Below are positions 57,085 to 64,000 of a DNA stretch of 64,000 nt, in pieces (positions within the stretch are counted from its first letter, which is position 1; each line of letters begins with the position of its first letter). Origin of the DNA: Eledone cirrhosa. Its lineage: Eukaryota. The stretch is taken from NCBI GenBank assembly GCA_964016885.1, contig CAXHJY010000133.1, positions 124,001 through 188,000 on the forward strand, read 5' to 3'. The position numbers were made by a program, and so were the translations under genes. The notes beneath the pieces were generated by a model. That model was not told the origin of the DNA, ran no database searches, and saw only the letters and a program-made list of their open reading frames with translations.

Positions 57085-59279
57085 CATCATCATCATCATC
57101 ATCACCGTTTTACGTCCGTTCTTCCACGCTAGCATGGGTTAGACGGGTTGTCCTGTTGTGGGCAGTGTCTGGTCGGCTGACCATGCCTTGCTCATACAGG
57201 AACTGATCTGGCTTGATTTCTACAGCTGGATGCCCTTCCTAACACCAACCTCATTTACAGTGAGTGCTGGGTGCTTTTTCGTGGCGCCTACACGTCCACT
57301 TTACAGTGTGGGCTGGGTGCTTTTTTGCCGTGGCACCTCCACGACCACCTTGCGGTGGGGGGGGGGGGGGGCATATTGTTTATATGCTTCAGCATGTACC
57401 CATGGGAGGTCGGGTACCCTGTATTACTGCGTGACGCCAGAAGTCACGGTCGTGTGTCATTGACTTTGAGAGGTGTAGTTGGGTAAGGTCGGCTTTTATC
57501 ACCTCATCCCAAGTCATCTTGGGTCTCCCCACTCCGCGGTTTCCATCAACTTCTAGTGCTCTGCACCTTTTTATGCAGCTGTCATCCTTCATACGCATCA
57601 CATGTCCATACCAGCGTAACCGCCTCTCCTGCACGCAGCATTTGATTCCTCTTATGCTCAGTCTCTCTCTCAATTCATTTATGCTTTGTCGTTCACGTAT
57701 ATTACTGTTACACATCCATCGGAGCATGCAGGCTTCGTTTCTCTCTAATCTACGTAGGTCTTCCACCTTCAGCGCCCAGGTCTCACTACCATGCAACATC
57801 GCTGTTCGGATACACGCATCATACAGTCTGCCTTTCATTCTGAGGGAGAAGCCTTTTGCAGCTAGCAGTGGTAGTAGTTCCCTAAACTTCTTCCATCCCG
57901 TTCTTACCCTAGTTATTGTACTTTCTGAGCACCCACCTCCGTTGCTAATTCGGTCACCTAGGTAGCAGAAGCTGTCTACTGTTTCTACAGGGCCCTCCCA
58001 GAGATTGGTGGTACTTGTTTCCTGTGGCTGTTTGCTTGCTGTTTCAGCACAGCTGCTGCATGTGAATCCTACATTCTTAATTAAGCTTCCTGAGATCCCG
58101 CTACATCTCTTGTGTACCCATTGTTTGCATTTGGGGCAAAGAATGGAGTTCCTACCTACACCTTTCCTACATACTGAGCAAGGCCATTTCCCTGAGGGGA
58201 TCTGGGTTCTGTTTTCTCGTCTACTTATAAGGACCTTAGTCTTTGTCATGTTGACTTTGAGGCCCTTTCTCTCTAGTCCCTGCTTCCAGGTTTGGAATTT
58301 ATTCTCTAGTTCTACCATAGATTCAGCTATGAGTGCGAGGTCATCAGCATACAGGAGTTCCCATGGGCATCCGGTCTTAAACTCCTCCGTTATTGCCTGC
58401 AGGACTATGATGAACAGGAGAGGGCTAAGAACAGAGCCCTGGTGGACCCCAACCTGTACGCTAAATTCCTCGCTATACTCATTGCCAATCCTAACTTTGC
58501 TGACTGCTCCCCTATACATGGCTTGTACCGCTTTCACAAGCCATTCATCTACTCCTAGTTTTCTAAGAGCCCACCAGATTACTGCACGTGGAACTCTGTC
58601 AAAGGCTTTCTCAAGGTCGACAAATGCCAAGTAGAGTGGCTTACTTTTAGCTAGGTACTTTTCCTGTAATTGCCTCACAAGGAAGAGCGCATCAGTGGTG
58701 CCTTTCCCTGGAACAAACCCAAATTGCATCTCGTCTATATTCACCCGGTCCCTAATCAGCTGTGCTATAACTCTTTCTGTTACTTTCATGACCTGGTCCA
58801 TCAACTTTATACCTCTATAGTTTCCTCTATCTAGTGCATCGCCTTTACCTTTGTAGCAGTTGACAATGATGCTACTGCACCAATCTTTTGGTATGGCCCC
58901 CTCTAGTATTACCTGGTTAACGATACGTGTGGTTATAGTGTGACCTACAGACCCAGATGCCTTCAGCATCTCGGCAGCTATACCCGATGGACCGGTTGCC
59001 TTCCCTATCTTCATATCTCTGATTGCCTTACTTACTACGCTGCCGCTGACTTGTACTGCTGGTCCCTCTATAGGGTCTACGTGGGGTAGGGTCTCTTCTT
59101 CCCATGCATTCTCCTCATTTAGTAATCTATCATAATGACTCTTCCATGCATCTTTCTTCTCAGCACTTGTGAGGGCAAGCTCACCTTTATCATTCCGGAT
59201 ACACTTCTCTCCAATGACATCACAACTATCTCTGACACACTGCCTCGCAATCTTGAATACCTCCTGTTTCTGGTCCTCA
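57085..59279 (-). mobile_element. Second RTE-clade LINE family, 5'-truncated, RT ORF still open (57389-59279)
   Basis: [17 protein letters not shown] and PHD-like motifs; ~300 bp 3'UTR; (ATG)n tail; both junctions in (TA)n. Confidence 0.93.
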
Positions 59280-59661
59280 TATATATATATATATATATAT
59301 GAGTCCACCTGGTTGTGGTGGGGCTGATAACATTGTTAGAACTCAATGTGTCCTAGGAAGGGTAGTTGCGGTGAGAATCAGCAGTGTGACATGCAGTTCT
59401 TATGGTAGGTGATCACAGCCTAAGGTAACCTCGAAGAAAATTCATCCAGGTTACAGAGTCATTTATATATATGTGTTTGAATAATAAAAACAGAAGTCAG
59501 AGCTAGATAGAGAGTTAGTTCATTGTTTTACAATCATCTCAAAGGGTCGTTTGATAGATGGAGATCAATGTATCAATTAGCATGATAGTGGTTAAGTTCC
59601 TGTTACTACCTATTTCTAGTCACAAAAACCCTGTTCAATCGGCCATCCTCCTCATACATAT

Positions 59662-59703
<42 letters not shown>

Positions 59704-61464
59704 GTTTAACGTCCATATTCCACGCTCGCATGGGTTTGGACGGGAGTTTTCCCACTTGAGGCAAGAGTGCTTGTCTTGCTCGCATAGGACTGTCTGGCGG
59801 GATTTCTACGGCTGGATGCCCTTCCTAACACCAACCACATTTAGTGTGGAACTGGGAGGTTTTTACCGTGTTACCTACACGGCCACATTACAGCGTGGAC
59901 TGTGTATTTTTTTTGTCGTGACACCAACACGACCTTGTTTGTTTCAGGCTAGATGTTGTGGTACCAACATAACTTTACATTGTGTATGTATATATATATA
60001 TTTATTATATGTACAGATTAAAGTTTAAGCAAGATCTTGTATATAGTTAGAAAAGGTTATGTAGAGGGTAAGAGTGTCAGACACCATGAGTTATGGCCTG
60101 CTTTAAGACAATTTGAAATCTTTTCCACCATCAATTGTTAAAAAACAAGTTAAAATCATTTAGTCATCCATTCATAACACTTTAGTTACACACACACACA
60201 TCTACACATACATACATAAACAGATACAGACAACAGAAGGAAGGGACTGGTGAAATGCTATAGCAATGTGTGCTGTGTCCCTTTATGGTTTACTGGCTAC
60301 ATAGCTGATAGTTGGTAGAATCTTTGACAATATATTGTATCTCCAACCTTGGTAGATTTTTTAATGATCAACTTCAAGATCACCCCCCCCCCTCTCTCTC
60401 TCTCTCTCTCTTAGACTGGTATAGTTTCTGTTGTTGAATCTTTTCATGGCCTCCAATCTTGGAAATTTTAAATTGTTTCTACTTTTGGCACAAGGCCAGC
60501 AATTATCCCAGTGCATTACTGGTACTTTATTTTATCGAGCCCGTAAGGATGAAAGGCAAAGTTAACCTAGGCGGGATTTGAACTCAGAGGAAATTTTTTA
60601 ATGATTAGCTTCAAGATGTCAAGTTAGTGCTAATATATTTACTAACTGGCCAAAACTCTCACTGGTTCTATGGTTCTATGAAAAAAAAACAAGAAAACCC
60701 CAAAACCTATTCTTTTTTATCTTGGAAGCAACAATAGAGATATGGCAATGGGATGTTTAGTGACATATCACCTCCCACCTGTGACTACAGCTGATACAGG
60801 AAGTCACAGATAATGGGAATAACAGGAGGCCTTGGTGGTGGTGGTGGTGGTAGAGATGGGTGTGGTATTGGTAGAGATGGGTGTGGTATTGGTAGAGATG
60901 GTGGTAGTGTTAGTGGTAGTAGTGGTGGTATGGTAGTGGTGGTGGTATCGGTAGTGATGGTACTTTGGTAGTAGTGGTGATAGTGGTGGTGGTAGTGTTA
61001 GTGGTGGTGGTAGTAGTGATGGTGGTGGTGGTGGTAGTGATGGTTGTGGTGGTAGTGATGGTGATGGTAAGGTGTTGGTGGTGGTTGTGGTAGCTAGTGA
61101 TGGTGATGGTATGGTGGTTGTGACGGTGGTAGAGATGGTGGTGGTGTGTTATGGTGTTTGTAAATCAGTAGTGTTTGTTTTTGTTGTTGTTTGACTCTAC
61201 TTCAACCTAGATTAAGCAGACCTATGATCAAAGGTCTTCCAGCTGTGGCCACATACATATATACTTGTGTCTCTATGTGTATGTGTATGTGTATGTGTGT
61301 ATATATATATTGGGTCACCAAGTATGAAATTTGTAAAAAAACAAACAAATGTCTACAAATTTCATACTTGACACCCAATAGATATATAGATTGGAAAAGT
61401 AAATAACAACAACAAGGAGTACAGTTATGAAAGGTGTTACATGCTTGAGTGGTTGGTGGTGGGT

Positions 61465-61534
<70 letters not shown>

Positions 61535-61889
61535 TTACATGAAACAAAGTTCTGTTTAAATCATTTATTTGCTTACAATTGTTTCTTCCAAACAGAGGTT
61601 TGGAGTCTTCGGAGCAATTATTCAGTGATTTTTAACATACTTGACCTCCTTTTCAACACAAGAGACATATAGAAACATATGTATATATTGACCCACAGTG
61701 GGTTGACATCCATTATAATAATATAGCATGGTAATTTACATACAAAGATTACAGTCATATTAGTGGTTTTAGTATATACATAACCATAAATAGTATCCTT
61801 AATACTATATATATATAGATCCCACCCTCTGAAACTACACACTATCATCAACAGCTAACAACAAAAACAAAGATCAAACGGTAGAAAAA

Positions 61890-62500
61890 ATTGGGACTTC
61901 CTCTGAAGGGTCTTTGGAGTAACATTACTAGAGTGTGTAGCTCGGAGATCAGGGAGTCGCTTCAGGTACAACCGCGATTTCTCCAAATTGAGAGACCAAA
62001 GCTCTGATATTATGGAGATGTGGTTAGAATGTCTCAGGAAAGAATGGCTAAAAAAATAAAATCTGGAGCTCAGTGATCAGAGAGTCGCTCCAGGTAGAGC
62101 TGCTACTTCTTTCAATTGAGAGATCACAGCTCCGATACTACAGACATATGGTTAAAATGTCTCATGAAAGAATTGCTGGACAAATTTGTAACCAGGAGAT
62201 CAGAAAGTCGCTCCAGGTAGATCCGCAATTTCTCCAAATTGTGAGATCACAGCTCAGATATTACAGACATATGGTTAGTATGACTCAAGAAAGAATTGCT
62301 GGACAGATTTTAATGTGCAAAACCAGCCAGCAGGAGACCTAGAGGTAGAACCTGAGCAAGATGGTTGGATAGCATCCATGAGTTCAGCTGGTATTGTTTG
62401 GGGATCCAGCCAGATCAATTGGAGACAGTTGCTTTCTGACAGGACCAGCTGCAAGGAAAGCTTGAGGACTCTGCCACCACAACACTCTCAGAAATAAATG
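61890..62500 (+). mobile_element. Degenerate LINE 3' fragment with internal triplication
   Basis: IRESLQVE..IERSQLRYY.HMV.M..ER repeated about three times; RTE-like C-terminus. Confidence 0.6.
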
Positions 62501-62582
62501 GGCAAAGAAGAACAACAATAACAACATGAAGATCAAAAGGCAGAGAAAAAAATGTGGGGAAATAAAAAGGGGTTTGACTTAC

Positions 62583-62663
62583 CCTCATATCTTCAAGGTG
62601 CTTCTTAACAAAATTAGTTCTCATACCTTGGTCGACTCCAATTACTGAGAATGATCCGATGTA
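62583..62663 (-). CDS. SH2D5: PTB-domain adaptor (SH2D5-like), internal exon A: YIGSFSVIGVDQGMRTNFVKKHLEDMR
   Basis: ttgcag acceptor and gtaagt donor on the minus strand; 81 nt, phase 0/0. YIGSF matches the PTB first-strand motif (SH2D5 has YVGSF). The gene symbol is from recalled similarity, not a search. Confidence 0.82.
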
Positions 62664-62852
62664 CTGCAACGACACAACAACAACAATAACAGACTTATGA
62701 GTTGTATATATATGGAGACATAACAGCTATAACAACTATATTAGACTGATGAGCTGGCTATAGTGGAGACATAACAACAATAACAACAGCAAACATTAGA
62801 CTGGTGGGTGGGATGTAGTAGGGACACAATAACAACAACAGCAGCAGTAATA

Positions 62853-63940
62853 ACGGTTTCTGATTTCGGCACAAGGCCAGCAACTTTTGGAGGGGAAAAT
62901 CGATTAAATCAGCCTTAGTGTATTACTGGTACTTTATTTTATCGAACCTGTAAGGATGAAAGACAAAGCTAACCTCAGCGGGATTTGAACTCAGAACATA
63001 AAGGGCCTTAACTCTATGCCACAAAGCATCTTGTCCAACGCTCTACCGATTTCTGCCAATCCACCGCCCTCAACAACAGTAATAATAATTGTTTCTACTA
63101 TTGGCACAAGGCCAGCAATTACCCAGTACATTACTGGTACTTTATTTTATCGACCCCGTAAGGATGAAAGGCAAAGTTAACCTCGGCGGGATTTGAACTC
63201 AGAATGGCAAGGGCCGTAACTCTATGCGTCAAATCATGGTATCCAACCCTCTACCGATACTACCAATTCTAATAATAGCACTAAATAGATGAACTAAATG
63301 TACTGTAATGACACAATAACAACCAATAATAACAATAAACAGACTTATAGTGGAGACAACATAATAATAATTGTTTCTACTTTTAGCACAAGGCCAGCAA
63401 TTACCCAGTACATTACTGGTACTTTATTTTACTGACCCCGTAAGGATGAAAGGCAAAGTTAGGAGACAACATAGTAAAAATGGTTTCTTATATAGGCACA
63501 AGGTCAGCAATTTTGGGGGAGGGGAAAGTCGATTAAATCGACCCCAGTGCGTGACTGGTACTTTATTTATCGACCCCGTAAGGATGAAAGGCAAAGTTAA
63601 CCTCGGCGAGATTTGAACTCAGATCATAAAGGGACGTAACTCTATGCTTCAAAGCATGGCGTACGACTCTCTACCGATACTGCCAATCCACCGCCCTAGA
63701 CAACATAATAATAATAATGATAATAATTGTTTCTACTTTAGGCACAATGCCAGCAATTTGGAGGGGAGCAGAGTTTATTAAATTGACCCGAGTGCATTAC
63801 TGGTACTTTATCTTATGGACCCCGTAAGGATGAAAGGCAGAGTTAACCTTGAATGGATTTGAACTCAGAATGTAAAGAATCATAAACTATATGCCGCTAA
63901 GCATGTTGACCGACGCTCTACTAATACTGCCATTGCCCAC
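62853..63940 (-). mobile_element. SINE cluster (5 copies)
   Basis: Same family, with (AAT)n spacers. Confidence 0.84.
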
Positions 63941-64000
63941 CAACATCATAATAATAATTACCACCACCACCACCACCAACACTACAAATACTATAGTCAT

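Noticed and set aside
57519-58634. Antisense ORFs over the RTE elements (also 42498-43342, 2271-3025 and 26449-27045)
   Set aside because: Shadow frames of retroelement coding sequence with no independent motifs.

Overview
Eukaryotic, AT- and microsatellite-rich animal DNA. The SINE/LINE repertoire and (TA)n load suggest a coleoid cephalopod such as Octopus (inference). The window lies inside one large minus-strand spliced gene. Six GT-AG exons (62583-62663, 54841-54915, 53579-53725, 22909-23265, ~19173-19727, 7935-8656) join in frame into a PTB domain resembling SH2D5, followed by poly-Q and poly-H low-complexity regions. Neither end of the gene was found, so it probably extends past both window edges. 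The introns hold: an intact full-length RTE-clade LINE (1022 aa, APE+RT with an internal PHD-like finger) and a near-identical truncated sibling; a second RTE family; a defective Gypsy element with asymmetric LTRs; about 30 co-oriented tRNA-SINEs; Helitron, piggyBac and Tc1 MITEs; and SINE-derived minisatellites. The most unusual signal is a dense set of fold-back elements embedded in (TA)n tracts, many carrying hammerhead-ribozyme-like cores (probably Penelope-derived). One inverted pair brackets the PTB exons. Most ORFs in the supplied track are microsatellite artefacts.
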